A stretch of DNA of 64,000 nt, taken from assembly GCA_000146045.2 (NCBI GenBank), contig BK006949.2:704001-768000 (forward strand), given 5' to 3'. Positions 40,365 through 50,876 of this stretch are shown here, one piece after another. The notes below the pieces were generated by a model. The model was not told where the DNA came from. It saw nothing but the letters and a program-made list of their open reading frames with translations, and ran no database searches. The DNA is from TPA_inf: Saccharomyces. Its lineage: Eukaryota. The stretch's first letter is position 1. Each line of letters opens with the position of its first letter. The translations under genes were made by a program, and so were the position numbers.

Positions 40365-40688
40365 CCCTAAAGTTAACACTTATTTAGCTTCTTTTTATAT
40401 AAAAAATCCATGAGAATTGATTCTGCATTTTAGTTTAAATTTTTTCTTTAAGACTATGATGCTTTCATGCACAAGGTTATATTGTTCTCCTTCTCTATAG
40501 TTATTGCAAGGAAATCATATATAACGAAACACAATTTGATCCTTTTGAACCTACATTATCCCGCACTCTTGACGTATCATCAAATAAAGCTAAACTGCGG
40601 AAGCCTAAAAATACTAAGCACGCTATTTGTCATCCATTAGCAGGCCAAAAGCAAACTAATCTATGTTTTCAATAAGGCCAATATAATA

Positions 40689-41573
40689 ATGGATAATTTT
40701 GAAAGTACTGCTGAAGGAAATTTAAGTATAGGAAACAAACGAGTATACGAACTACGAAAAAGAAACTTCCAAAGAAATTTGGTGAATAATTTGAGCTTTC
40801 TCGGGTATGTTTTAATATCATTGGAATATATCAAGTATGATCGTACCGTCTGGACACTTATAACAAGAGCAATAGTGCAATCTCTCATAAGTTCTCCTTT
40901 TCCAAGTGATGCCAAGTTACGTAGGCTAGCGACCCTCGGTGCAGATAATAACACGACGGGGGTTGCAACACTTCCAGGCGGAAGATCTATCAGGTTTCCC
41001 GGAATGTTTGGAACAGAAATGCTTTATAATTCTTCTAGTGAAGCTGAGCAACAAGACCATGATGATACCGCTATTGTGTCCATGAAAAAGCAAATCCGGA
41101 AGTTTTTATTTCATGGTTGCTTATCGTTGAATATGCTTTTCATTATCTTAACAATCCTATTCCCAATTGATTTTTTTGAACCCCTGAGTGGTAGCGAGCC
41201 AGTAGACGATGGCCCTAAGAATACTCCCTCACCCTTTTCCAATTCAGATGGTCTACTTTTGGGTGAGAGAAGAGGTGGGCTTTTTCTACAGATGATCGGA
41301 GAACGGCTACCAAAGAGCAACTTTTCCGGCAATCTTGGATTAGTAATGTTCGAATTTAGCATACTTATTGTACAGTTTACTTTATTTTCACTAACATGTG
41401 TTGTATTGGCAGATTTAGATTTTGAAGAGCCAGAAAGACTAGAACCTGTAAATAGTGATGGCTACGATGGCTCTGTAATAGTTGCACGAATACCATTAAA
41501 TAAAACCATGAATGCCATTTTAAATGACGGCAATATTAATGACAACAATGAGAATGCTAGCAATTCTGTCTAA
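40689..41573 (+). CDS. YPR109W, predicted multi-pass membrane protein, 294 aa
   Basis: ATG at 40689 opens a 294-aa ORF with several hydrophobic segments. Its position and length fit YPR109W. Confidence 0.75.
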
Positions 41574-41827
41574 TAGTATATATATGTAGTCCATAAGGGG
41601 TAATGCATATTACTGTTATCGGCACTATTTTATAGAGAGTTACATTTACATATATCATTCTATTACATTTCCTTATCTATGACGATTCATGGGTTTGTAT
41701 TTTTTTGGTAGGATTTGCCAATTCTACTAATACTAGAAGAAAAGATTATACAAAGATAAAGACCCTGAGGTTAAGTATTTAATATTTTTCTCAAACTGTG
41801 TTTTTTTTATTAGTATGCAAAGTAGGA

Positions 41828-42835
41828 TCATTGGGTAATTGGACAGTTTTTCAAATACTCAGCCTTATTCTTTAAAATCCTGACGGATTTGAAAAAAATT
41901 TCTTCTGGTGTCATGGCACCAGCGCTTTCTACGTTGAAAATAAAGTGGTTCCTCACTCTTCCTAATTTAACTTTATCAGCAAACTCTTCGTATCTTAAAA
42001 CCTCCCTGGAAACCGTATCCTTCCTAGCATCTTTGACATACGCTTCATCTGAACCTTCATCAATACCAATAACACCTGGGGGAAAACATTTTTGAAATCT
42101 TCTGGCACTTTCACCTTTGATTGGCTGTAAGATATTGATTTGAGGTAATAATCTATAAGAAGCGGTGGAAACTGGTGAAAATTTAGCATGATCACCACCG
42201 ATACCTAAAATGCAATGTGCCTTCAACGAAATTTCTTGACCAGGCCTTAGCTTAGCTAATAAAATATCAGGATCAGCTGGAACAACCGGACAATCAGCAA
42301 AAGTGGTAGATTGTCTGCCCTGTGGTTCAAACTTCAAATCACGGGCGTAGACATGGGCATTGTTATATAGTTCCTTTGGATCAGTAGATCCCTTTGGAGC
42401 ATCTGGATTTCTTGTGCACTTCACGTTCAAACTCAAAACGATAGTATTTTCATCCGTAAACTTTTCATCGTCCGGCAAATTACTATCAACCCATGTGAGC
42501 ATATCAGGGTCAACTTTTAATGGAACCAAGCCTATTCTATGAGCCAAAACCTCATCTTGGATAACGGATGTATTGTTAAAAAAATAGACGTATTCAGCAG
42601 CCACGGATGGAACCTCGGAAATCATTATACGACGAAAGGCATTCGCAATCGATGTGTCAATGTTTATCAAGTCGAAATTTGCCTCTCTTGCGTCTAATGA
42701 CGAAATATTGACTTCGAAGTCCTTTTTGAATTTTTCCACATTCCACTCGTTTTCTGCATCCTTCGAGAAACCAGGAAAATCCGTGGAGGTTGTATTCGTT
42801 ACACGGTTATATTCAATACCCACAATATTTGACAT
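41828..42835 (-). CDS. RPC40: RPC40 (YPR110C), AC40 subunit shared by RNA polymerases I and III, 335 aa
   Basis: The track's start at 42847 is GTG. The first ATG (cat at 42833-42835) gives 335 aa, MSNIVGIEYNRVTNTTSTDFPGFSK..., which matches AC40. It has an alpha-subunit-like fold. Confidence 0.9.
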   Translation of the reverse strand: MSNIVGIEYNRVTNTTSTDFPGFSKDAENEWNVEKFKKDFEVNISSLDAREANFDLINIDTSIANAFRRIMISEVPSVAAEYVYFFNNTSVIQDEVLAHRIGLVPLKVDPDMLTWVDSNLPDDEKFTDENTIVLSLNVKCTRNPDAPKGSTDPKELYNNAHVYARDLKFEPQGRQSTTFADCPVVPADPDILLAKLRPGQEISLKAHCILGIGGDHAKFSPVSTASYRLLPQINILQPIKGESARRFQKCFPPGVIGIDEGSDEAYVKDARKDTVSREVLRYEEFADKVKLGRVRNHFIFNVESAGAMTPEEIFFKSVRILKNKAEYLKNCPITQ

Positions 42836-42894
42836 ATCTTCTTTCACCTACTTACTTTCATGCACTTGATACCTGCTCTTCTACATAATATGAG

Positions 42895-42944
42895 TGAAAT
42901 TTTTTCTTTCAACTCATCGCAATAATTTTTTCACAAAATTTTTG
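42895..42944. promoter_or_regulatory. Ribosome-biogenesis promoter motifs upstream of RPC40: two RRPE-like elements and PAC
   Basis: RRPE-like gtgaaattttttc lies at 42895-42907. PAC lies at 42913-42920 (ctcatcgc is the reverse complement of GCGATGAG). A second RRPE-like aaaatttttg lies at 42935-42944. Confidence 0.45.
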
Positions 42945-43305
42945 TGAATCCAAGTCACTATAAACGGAATTAATAAATATTTGCAACATAAAGCACAATG
43001 TATTGTAGCAGAAGACAAACGACAAGTATGGGATAATGCAACATCTCTTTCTAATTAATATAAAATCAAGAATAAGCATGTCTTCTGACTAATTTTTATA
43101 TACAAACACCAAGATCATAAATTTTTGTCTTTGAATGGATAATTAACCCATACACCTCATACAAGATTTTGAGAGTAAACACAAATCAATGGACCTGTAG
43201 TCGGCTAGATCACAGATCATGATGAACTGTATTGTCGCAACAAACTTGTAACTCCAATAGTGATTAGCAACCCAGAATATCGTATTCAACAATAATTCGG
43301 TAGTC

Positions 43306-45000
43306 ATGTTTTCACGAAGTGATCGAGAGGTAGATGATTTGGCTGGTAATATGAGTCATTTAGGGTTCTATGATTTGAATATTCCTAAACCTACTTCTCC
43401 ACAGGCGCAATATAGGCCTGCTAGAAAGAGCGAAAATGGAAGATTAACTCCCGGACTTCCAAGATCATATAAGCCGTGTGATTCAGATGATCAAGATACC
43501 TTCAAAAATCGCATTTCATTGAATCACTCACCGAAGAAGCTACCCAAGGATTTTCACGAGCGTGCTTCCCAAAGTAAAACCCAGAGAGTTGTTAATGTAT
43601 GCCAACTTTACTTTCTCGACTATTACTGTGACATGTTTGATTATGTTATTAGCAGAAGACAACGTACGAAGCAGGTGCTAAGATATCTTGAACAGCAAAG
43701 AAGTGTCAAAAACGTTTCTAATAAGGTTTTAAATGAAGAATGGGCTTTGTATTTGCAAAGAGAACACGAAGTACTGAGAAAAAGGAGGTTGAAACCTAAG
43801 CACAAGGATTTTCAGATACTGACACAAGTTGGACAGGGTGGTTATGGGCAAGTTTATCTTGCAAAAAAAAAAGACAGTGATGAAATTTGTGCTTTGAAAA
43901 TATTAAACAAGAAACTTTTATTCAAACTAAACGAGACGAATCACGTCCTTACTGAGAGGGACATACTAACCACAACTAGATCTGACTGGCTTGTGAAGTT
44001 GCTTTATGCATTTCAGGATCCAGAGAGCCTATATTTAGCAATGGAATTTGTACCTGGTGGTGATTTTCGCACATTGTTAATAAATACAAGGATATTGAAG
44101 AGCGGTCACGCAAGGTTCTATATCAGCGAAATGTTTTGTGCCGTGAACGCGTTGCATGAACTTGGTTACACTCACCGGGATTTAAAGCCGGAGAATTTCT
44201 TGATTGATGCTACAGGGCATATCAAGCTGACCGATTTTGGTCTAGCAGCAGGGACCGTATCAAATGAAAGAATCGAAAGCATGAAAATACGCTTAGAAGA
44301 AGTAAAGAATTTGGAATTTCCTGCTTTCACAGAAAGGTCTATCGAGGATAGAAGGAAAATATATCATAACATGAGGAAGACAGAAATTAATTACGCTAAC
44401 TCTATGGTCGGTTCGCCTGATTATATGGCCCTAGAAGTTCTGGAAGGTAAAAAATACGATTTTACAGTGGATTATTGGTCATTAGGCTGTATGCTTTTTG
44501 AAAGTTTGGTTGGATATACACCTTTTAGTGGTTCTTCTACTAATGAAACTTACGAGAATTTAAGATATTGGAAAAAAACTTTAAGAAGGCCCCGTACTGA
44601 GGATAGAAGAGCAGCATTCTCAGATAGAACCTGGGATTTAATTACAAGACTAATAGCTGACCCCATCAACAGAGTACGATCTTTTGAGCAAGTTCGCAAA
44701 ATGTCTTATTTCGCAGAGATCAATTTTGAAACCCTAAGAACAAGTTCTCCACCATTTATTCCTCAATTAGATGATGAAACGGATGCAGGTTATTTCGATG
44801 ACTTCACAAATGAAGAAGATATGGCTAAATATGCAGATGTCTTCAAAAGACAGAACAAATTATCTGCAATGGTCGATGACTCTGCCGTTGATTCCAAGCT
44901 TGTTGGATTTACTTTTAGGCATAGAGATGGAAAACAAGGTTCAAGCGGGATACTTTACAATGGTTCAGAACATTCAGACCCTTTTTCAACTTTTTATTAA
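43306..45000 (+). CDS. DBF20: DBF20 (YPR111W), NDR/LATS-family Ser/Thr kinase (Dbf2 paralog), 564 aa
   Basis: ATG at 43306 opens a 564-aa ORF. It has AGC-kinase motifs (GQGGYGQV, HRDLKPENFLID, DFGLA), a kinase insert and a C-terminal extension. Confidence 0.9.
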   Translation: MFSRSDREVDDLAGNMSHLGFYDLNIPKPTSPQAQYRPARKSENGRLTPGLPRSYKPCDSDDQDTFKNRISLNHSPKKLPKDFHERASQSKTQRVVNVCQLYFLDYYCDMFDYVISRRQRTKQVLRYLEQQRSVKNVSNKVLNEEWALYLQREHEVLRKRRLKPKHKDFQILTQVGQGGYGQVYLAKKKDSDEICALKILNKKLLFKLNETNHVLTERDILTTTRSDWLVKLLYAFQDPESLYLAMEFVPGGDFRTLLINTRILKSGHARFYISEMFCAVNALHELGYTHRDLKPENFLIDATGHIKLTDFGLAAGTVSNERIESMKIRLEEVKNLEFPAFTERSIEDRRKIYHNMRKTEINYANSMVGSPDYMALEVLEGKKYDFTVDYWSLGCMLFESLVGYTPFSGSSTNETYENLRYWKKTLRRPRTEDRRAAFSDRTWDLITRLIADPINRVRSFEQVRKMSYFAEINFETLRTSSPPFIPQLDDETDAGYFDDFTNEEDMAKYADVFKRQNKLSAMVDDSAVDSKLVGFTFRHRDGKQGSSGILYNGSEHSDPFSTFY

Positions 45001-45255
45001 GATTACGTCCCTACAATTTAATTTTGTATAGCATAACAGATACATTGACAACAGCAACAAGATGTGCTAACATTTTCCATTTTGAATGATTACCAAAATT
45101 ATGAAACCAAGGCAACATGTAATTTTTAAGTTTAGTAATCTTTTTCGGGATGAGATGTTTTGAAGAGTTTTATGCTATTAAAGTAGTAATATGATTTATA
45201 TATTCAAATAAAATGTAAATTATGAAAGAAAAATACGATAAGCTGATAGGGTAAA

Positions 45256-47919
45256 CTAGAAACCTTCGTTTTCTTCATCATCCACATCCAGTTTCTTTCT
45301 ACCGCCCCCATTTCTTAAGGCAGCCATCTCATTAGTGGCAACTTGCTTTCTAACCTTCTTTGTCATCCTGGCTATCTCTTCTTCAGCGTCAACTGCATCT
45401 TCTTCTGCATATTGCATTACCAATCTGCGGCCCAGTAAATGGACACCGTGCAACTGATCCATAGCATTTTCTGCTTCCTTTGGAAGTAAAAATTCCACGA
45501 ACGCAAAACCTCTTGCAGACTTGTCGAACTTCTTTGGAACTCTAACAGATTTTAATTGACCAAAAGAATTGAATAATTCGAAAACGTCTTTCCTAGTAGC
45601 TTCAAATGGAAGATTCTTAACAATGATTTTACCGCTTTTCTTATTGGATTTAGTCTTTGTATTACCGCTCTGAGATGCTTGTCTATGGGATAACTTCAAT
45701 TGAATCTTATGGCCGTCGATTACCGTCCCATCCATTGCAGCTATCACGGCATTAGCTTGTTCCTTGGTCCTGAATTCTACAAAACCAAACCCCATTGACA
45801 AGGTCTTGCCTTGATGTTTTGGATCAGGTTTTGTCTTCACTTGGGCAACAACAAAACCAGTGAAAACCTTGAACCTATCAGTAAGATTTTGGTTCGTCGT
45901 GGAGAAGTTTAGATTCTTTATGAAAATTGAGACAGTTGGACCATCAATAACGTCTTCATCATGAGCATTAGATGACCCTTCAGTTACATCCTTGTTTGCT
46001 TCCATTAAGTCATTTGATGAAGGTTTTACCTCTACCGGGTTTTCTTCTTCTTTTGCAGAAGTGTTATTTATCAAATCATCGGCCTCAGCTGGTTTAGTAA
46101 AGCAATCCTTAGGCCCCCTTTCTAGATATATTATGCCGTCCTTAAATCTTTTATACGATAGTTTAGTGAAAGCTGCCCTTGCTGACGTTGTGTCCCTGAA
46201 TTGCACTATAGCTATTGTACCAGCTGGTGGCATGAGCAATCTTTCCAATTTACCATATGGCAAAAACATTTCGCCAAGCTCTTCTCTAGTTGTCCCAAAA
46301 GGAAAATTTTTAACCAGTATCACTTTATCGTCTCTTTGATTTGTAGATTTTAACTGTGAAAACTTGGTCAGATCAACACCTTTGGATTCAAAGTATTTTC
46401 TAACATCACCAATAACATGGGCTTCAGCCAAAGCTTGTTTGACAGCCGAACTTGAGTTTTCAGCATCGATCAATTGAGATTTTTCTAGACCCAATTTGGC
46501 TGCCACACTACCCAAAACAGCATCTTGGTTCATATACAAGGAGTTCCAAGAAAATGTTTGTCTGGATGCAGCTGCCTTCCTTTTCAATTCCTTTTGCTTT
46601 TTCAATGGCATATTCTTTAAATCAAACTCATCTAATCTATGGCTTTTTTTTTCTTCACCAGGAAGAATATGCAATAGTCTTCCTTGAAAAATCTGTTTAT
46701 CCAATTCAACATAGGCGTTCACTGCATTCTTAGAATCCTTAAATAGAACGTATGCAAATCCTTTGGATTGACCAGTCCTGGTATCCAAAGCCACATGAAC
46801 CTCCTCTAACTCTCCAAATGGACTAAATAGTTTCCTGAAATCTTCTTCTTTGGAGGTATACAAGATATTACGTAAGAATAAACGGCCAGTTTGGTTAATT
46901 TTTTCAATAGCCAGTTCTTCGTCCGTCTTTTGCGGCACAGCACGTTCTGGTTGTTCTTCCTTCTTGGTATCGAGACTTTCATTTTGTTCAGTAGCGTATG
47001 ATGATGATTTTTCCCTTGTTTCCGCTTCACTTTCTTTGATTCTTACACGGCGTTGTTTGAACCAATCTAGGTCAGAAACCTTTTCATCTTGGGCGAGGTT
47101 TCTCCTCTTTTCATTCTCTTTTTCATCACTATTAGCGTCATCATTAACTAAACCTATATCAGTATCCTTCAAATTGCTAATACTTATCATCTTTTCTTCC
47201 TCTCCGGCATCTTCTTGATCTTCATCCCTGTTTCTGTTGAGAGCCGAATATTCATCGTCACTTTCATTCTCAATGACCAAATTTGGTGCTTCGTCTTTAT
47301 TATTCTCTTCCTTTAAGGCTAATGCATGAGCCAATAGAGAATTCCCTTGCACGCTGGAGTCCTCTTCTTCCCGTTTTAGTTTTTCGTCCTCTATGCTCTT
47401 GTCAATGCCAACTTTTTCCCATGATGTGACTTGTGAGCTTGGCTTCATAGTCTCCATGAACTCTTGTAATTGCTTGTTCTTGCGAATCTCGTCATCAATG
47501 TTGCTGTGCTTATTTTCATCCACTTTCTTTTTCTTTCGATTTTCTTCTTGTAGCAATTTTTCTTCCTTTTCCCTAAACCTTTTCAGAGCTTCTCTTCTCT
47601 TCTCCTTCATGGGCTGCGGGACTCTTGGGTCTGCAAAGCTTTTAGCCATGGACACTTCTATCTTAGAAGTGTTGATAAAACTGCCATTGAAATACTCTAC
47701 AGCATCAAAAGCGTCTTCCTCGTTACGGTATCCGATAAATCCAAATCTTCTACTTTCTCCGTTCCTATCTCTAAGAATTTTAACATCTGTTATGAGGTCT
47801 GGACCACTACCATTAACTGCTTGATGGGAATGTTTTTGACGTAATCTTTTTGTAAAATGCTCCCTGAGATTATCATCTGTTAGATAGACGGGCAAACCCT
47901 TGACAATGATACGGGACAT
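45256..47919 (-). CDS. MRD1: MRD1 (YPR112C), multiple-RRM protein required for pre-18S rRNA processing, 887 aa
   Basis: ATG (cat at 47917-47919) opens an 887-aa ORF with five RRM-like units (RIIVKGLP..., RLFLRNILY..., KILVKNFPF..., TVSIFIKNLNF..., KIIVKNLPF...). Confidence 0.9.
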   Translation of the reverse strand: MSRIIVKGLPVYLTDDNLREHFTKRLRQKHSHQAVNGSGPDLITDVKILRDRNGESRRFGFIGYRNEEDAFDAVEYFNGSFINTSKIEVSMAKSFADPRVPQPMKEKRREALKRFREKEEKLLQEENRKKKKVDENKHSNIDDEIRKNKQLQEFMETMKPSSQVTSWEKVGIDKSIEDEKLKREEEDSSVQGNSLLAHALALKEENNKDEAPNLVIENESDDEYSALNRNRDEDQEDAGEEEKMISISNLKDTDIGLVNDDANSDEKENEKRRNLAQDEKVSDLDWFKQRRVRIKESEAETREKSSSYATEQNESLDTKKEEQPERAVPQKTDEELAIEKINQTGRLFLRNILYTSKEEDFRKLFSPFGELEEVHVALDTRTGQSKGFAYVLFKDSKNAVNAYVELDKQIFQGRLLHILPGEEKKSHRLDEFDLKNMPLKKQKELKRKAAASRQTFSWNSLYMNQDAVLGSVAAKLGLEKSQLIDAENSSSAVKQALAEAHVIGDVRKYFESKGVDLTKFSQLKSTNQRDDKVILVKNFPFGTTREELGEMFLPYGKLERLLMPPAGTIAIVQFRDTTSARAAFTKLSYKRFKDGIIYLERGPKDCFTKPAEADDLINNTSAKEEENPVEVKPSSNDLMEANKDVTEGSSNAHDEDVIDGPTVSIFIKNLNFSTTNQNLTDRFKVFTGFVVAQVKTKPDPKHQGKTLSMGFGFVEFRTKEQANAVIAAMDGTVIDGHKIQLKLSHRQASQSGNTKTKSNKKSGKIIVKNLPFEATRKDVFELFNSFGQLKSVRVPKKFDKSARGFAFVEFLLPKEAENAMDQLHGVHLLGRRLVMQYAEEDAVDAEEEIARMTKKVRKQVATNEMAALRNGGGRKKLDVDDEENEGF

Positions 47920-47993
47920 GTTAGTTATGTTATCTTGTGCTTGAGGCTCAAATTAAATCTCAGTTCAGGTTGCAGTCTTTGCATATGAAGTAC

Positions 47994-48040
47994 CGATGAG
48001 ATGAGATGAGATGAGCTCTAAATTTCCATAAAATTTTTTC
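47994..48040. promoter_or_regulatory. PAC-type (GATGA)4 tandem and RRPE (aaaatttttt), 75-120 bp upstream of MRD1
   Basis: The run ccgatgagatgagatgagatgag at 47993-48015 contains CGATGAG. The RRPE ataaaattttttc lies at 48028-48040. Confidence 0.5.
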
Positions 48041-48256
48041 ATTTTATAAAATTCACGTCGCTCCGCACGTAAATCCCTATTACGGAAATTATTTCTCAAT
48101 AGGGAAAGCCCCTCCTATTGTTTTTTCCGTCTCGAGGATTTTTCACTTTTAGTATATAAGTAAAACATAAAAAACATGAGAGGTGGTATGGTTTATTTGC
48201 CGTCACTGTGGAGCCTTCAAGTAATGTAAATAAGAGGGAAAGTGTGATAGTACAAG

Positions 48257-48919
48257 ATGAGTTCGAATTCAACACCAGAAAAGGTTACTGCAGAACACGT
48301 TCTGTGGTATATTCCCAATAAGATCGGTTATGTTCGTGTTATCACCGCCGCCCTTTCTTTTTTCGTTATGAAGAATCATCCTACGGCCTTTACATGGTTG
48401 TATAGTACATCATGTCTACTGGATGCGCTAGACGGAACCATGGCAAGAAAGTACAATCAGGTTTCCAGTCTGGGTGCCGTTCTGGACATGGTTACCGACA
48501 GATCCAGTACCGCTGGCTTGATGTGTTTCCTTTGTGTGCAGTATCCCCAATGGTGCGTTTTCTTCCAATTAATGCTGGGCTTGGATATTACTAGTCACTA
48601 CATGCATATGTATGCCAGTTTAAGTGCTGGTAAGACTTCTCATAAAAGTGTGGGCGAGGGTGAGTCCAGATTGTTACACCTGTACTACACGAGAAGAGAC
48701 GTACTGTTCACTATCTGTGCGTTTAACGAACTATTTTATGCTGGATTGTACTTGCAGTTGTTCTCAAATTCTGCAACCTTTGGTAAATGGACTACAATCA
48801 TAAGTTTCCCTGGTTACGTGTTCAAGCAGACCGCAAACGTTGTCCAGCTAAAAAGGGCAGCCTTGATTTTAGCAGACAACGATGCCAAGAATGCCAACGA
48901 GAAGAACAAGACTTACTGA
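48257..48919 (+). CDS. PIS1: PIS1 (YPR113W), CDP-diacylglycerol-inositol 3-phosphatidyltransferase (PI synthase), 220 aa
   Basis: ATG at 48257 opens a 220-aa ORF with the CDP-alcohol phosphotransferase motif (DALDGTMAR...G...DMVTDR). Confidence 0.95.
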   Translation: MSSNSTPEKVTAEHVLWYIPNKIGYVRVITAALSFFVMKNHPTAFTWLYSTSCLLDALDGTMARKYNQVSSLGAVLDMVTDRSSTAGLMCFLCVQYPQWCVFFQLMLGLDITSHYMHMYASLSAGKTSHKSVGEGESRLLHLYYTRRDVLFTICAFNELFYAGLYLQLFSNSATFGKWTTIISFPGYVFKQTANVVQLKRAALILADNDAKNANEKNKTY

Positions 48920-49300
48920 TAGGATGAGTTTCTTACTTTTTTTCTCCTTTTAATTGCGCTAATCTTTTATTTATGTGTAGTTTTTATTTATGTGAAATGG
49001 AACATTCGTTGATTTAACTTTAAAAGCAGCCTACTCTATCGTCTTGATTATACTTGGCACAACAAATGCTCAAATAAACGAAAAATTTCATATTGTTGGT
49101 ACTTTTTCTCAACGCGGTTTTTTTCCTGTTTTTTTCGAGCAGTTCCCGAGGGCATATTTAACATAAGCCAAGGAGAGAGAAAAAACGTTTGTTGGACAGA
49201 TCAAAAAGAAAAAGAAGAAGACCTCTCCTCTATCTCAAGCTTCTGCCCCCCCCCCCGGAAGGAATTCAAGCACGAAGGTGAACATTGCCTACAAGAAAAA

Positions 49301-50248
49301 ATGGATGTTTTATTGTCGCTTCCTCAACCGGAATTATTTAAGACCACGGTGATTCCGTTCTTGGCAAATCGCAATATAATCAAGTCGGAAGCGATTCTCT
49401 CCAACTTGCACTCAATTTTTTATGTTGCTATATTCTACCATATTTGGTTTCTTTTTGGCAAATGGATCTTATTCCCACATTTGGTTAAATGGAAATTGGA
49501 CTATGACCAAAAACATAACGTCAAGAAAGATGAGAAGACAACTTCGGAACGTCAAGCTCAACATTACAAAAAGAAGTACACTTCTTTGATCAATCAAAGT
49601 TCAGTCCACTTAATATCCCTACTGCAAAGCATAGTGGTCCTGTACTACTCATTGAAGTTCTTGCTTGATCCAAAAGCCTCGGCCGAGCCCTACCAAACCT
49701 CACACTCTCGAGTGTTTACAGAAAATCGAGACACTCAAGTCATCTGTATTTTTGCTATTGGTTATTTCGTCTGGGATATCTATATTTCCACCATGTATTC
49801 TACTTTCCCCTTCGTTGTGCACGGAATAATCTCCACCGTCGTGTTTTGCATCGGATTGAAACCGTACATCCAATATTACGCCCCAGTGTTCTTGATGTTC
49901 GAACTTTCCAATCCCTCCTTGAACTTTAGATGGTTCGGTATCAAATTTCTACCCCAGAAAAGCAAATTCTGCTCTCTACTGCTGCTGTTGAACAATTTGA
50001 CGCTCATGGTCGTCTTCTTTGCCGCTAGAATCGCCTGGGGGTGGTTTCAAATTGGAAAACTATGTTACGACTTTTACCAGGTGCGCAATGAACCTGGTTT
50101 CTTAGTCTTTGACACCATTGTTATCCTTGCAGGCAATTTCGTCCTGGACATCTTGAATGTTATTTGGTTTTCTACCATGGTGTCTGTGGCTGCAAAGGTC
50201 TTGAAGAAGGGGGAGTCTGTAGACAAAGTCACTAAGAATGAACAATAA
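49301..50248 (+). CDS. YPR114W, TLC (TRAM/LAG1/CLN8)-domain membrane protein, 315 aa
   Basis: ATG at 49301 opens a 315-aa multi-pass ORF. Its length and position fit YPR114W. Confidence 0.8.
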   Translation: MDVLLSLPQPELFKTTVIPFLANRNIIKSEAILSNLHSIFYVAIFYHIWFLFGKWILFPHLVKWKLDYDQKHNVKKDEKTTSERQAQHYKKKYTSLINQSSVHLISLLQSIVVLYYSLKFLLDPKASAEPYQTSHSRVFTENRDTQVICIFAIGYFVWDIYISTMYSTFPFVVHGIISTVVFCIGLKPYIQYYAPVFLMFELSNPSLNFRWFGIKFLPQKSKFCSLLLLLNNLTLMVVFFAARIAWGWFQIGKLCYDFYQVRNEPGFLVFDTIVILAGNFVLDILNVIWFSTMVSVAAKVLKKGESVDKVTKNEQ

Positions 50249-50876
50249 TCCATGGAGGCACACTTTAACATGTGCATATATGTGTATATAGACTATAAAC
50301 TTGTGTAAGCTATGCGAGCATTACAAACCTAGAAAATTACAGGCAATAAATCAATATTGATACATGGCGAATTTTTGTGGGGGGGGGGCAGGATCTTTGC
50401 CTACATTTTCTTCTTTAATTTTACCTAGACTGAGCGATTCTGCCACCTTCAGGACTACTGAACACTTTCAATGCTACTTTTGCCAGAATTATACTATACT
50501 ACCACACTTTCATGTGATGAAACGTGAAACTCTAATCACGAGATTTAGGGGGAGGTGTTTCATATGCGGATAACGCCGTTCTCGCGCAAGCTGATTTTCC
50601 ATTGCTTAATAAAAAGGCGAAAAGCCTCCTACATAGAGGATGATGTTGGTTTGACCGTGATTGATGTCCAAGTAGCTGTGGCTTATTGGGTATTCTTTCG
50701 GAAGCTTTTGTGATTTTTTTGTTAAGGTTTGAGAGTGGTTAATTGAGCCAAATACGGCGCGGTACAGGTAAAGAGAGAAGAATCATAAAGAAAGCTGTTT
50801 TCTTTATCCTAGTCTACTTTTTATGGCTTTGTGTGCTAAAAGAAGAAAAACAAGAGATAATTAAGTGGATTAATAG

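Noticed and set aside
40132-40387. Two small ORFs (74 and 70 aa) covering the tRNA-Thr gene
   Set aside because: They overlap a canonical tRNA on both strands. The tRNA structure explains the sequence conservation.
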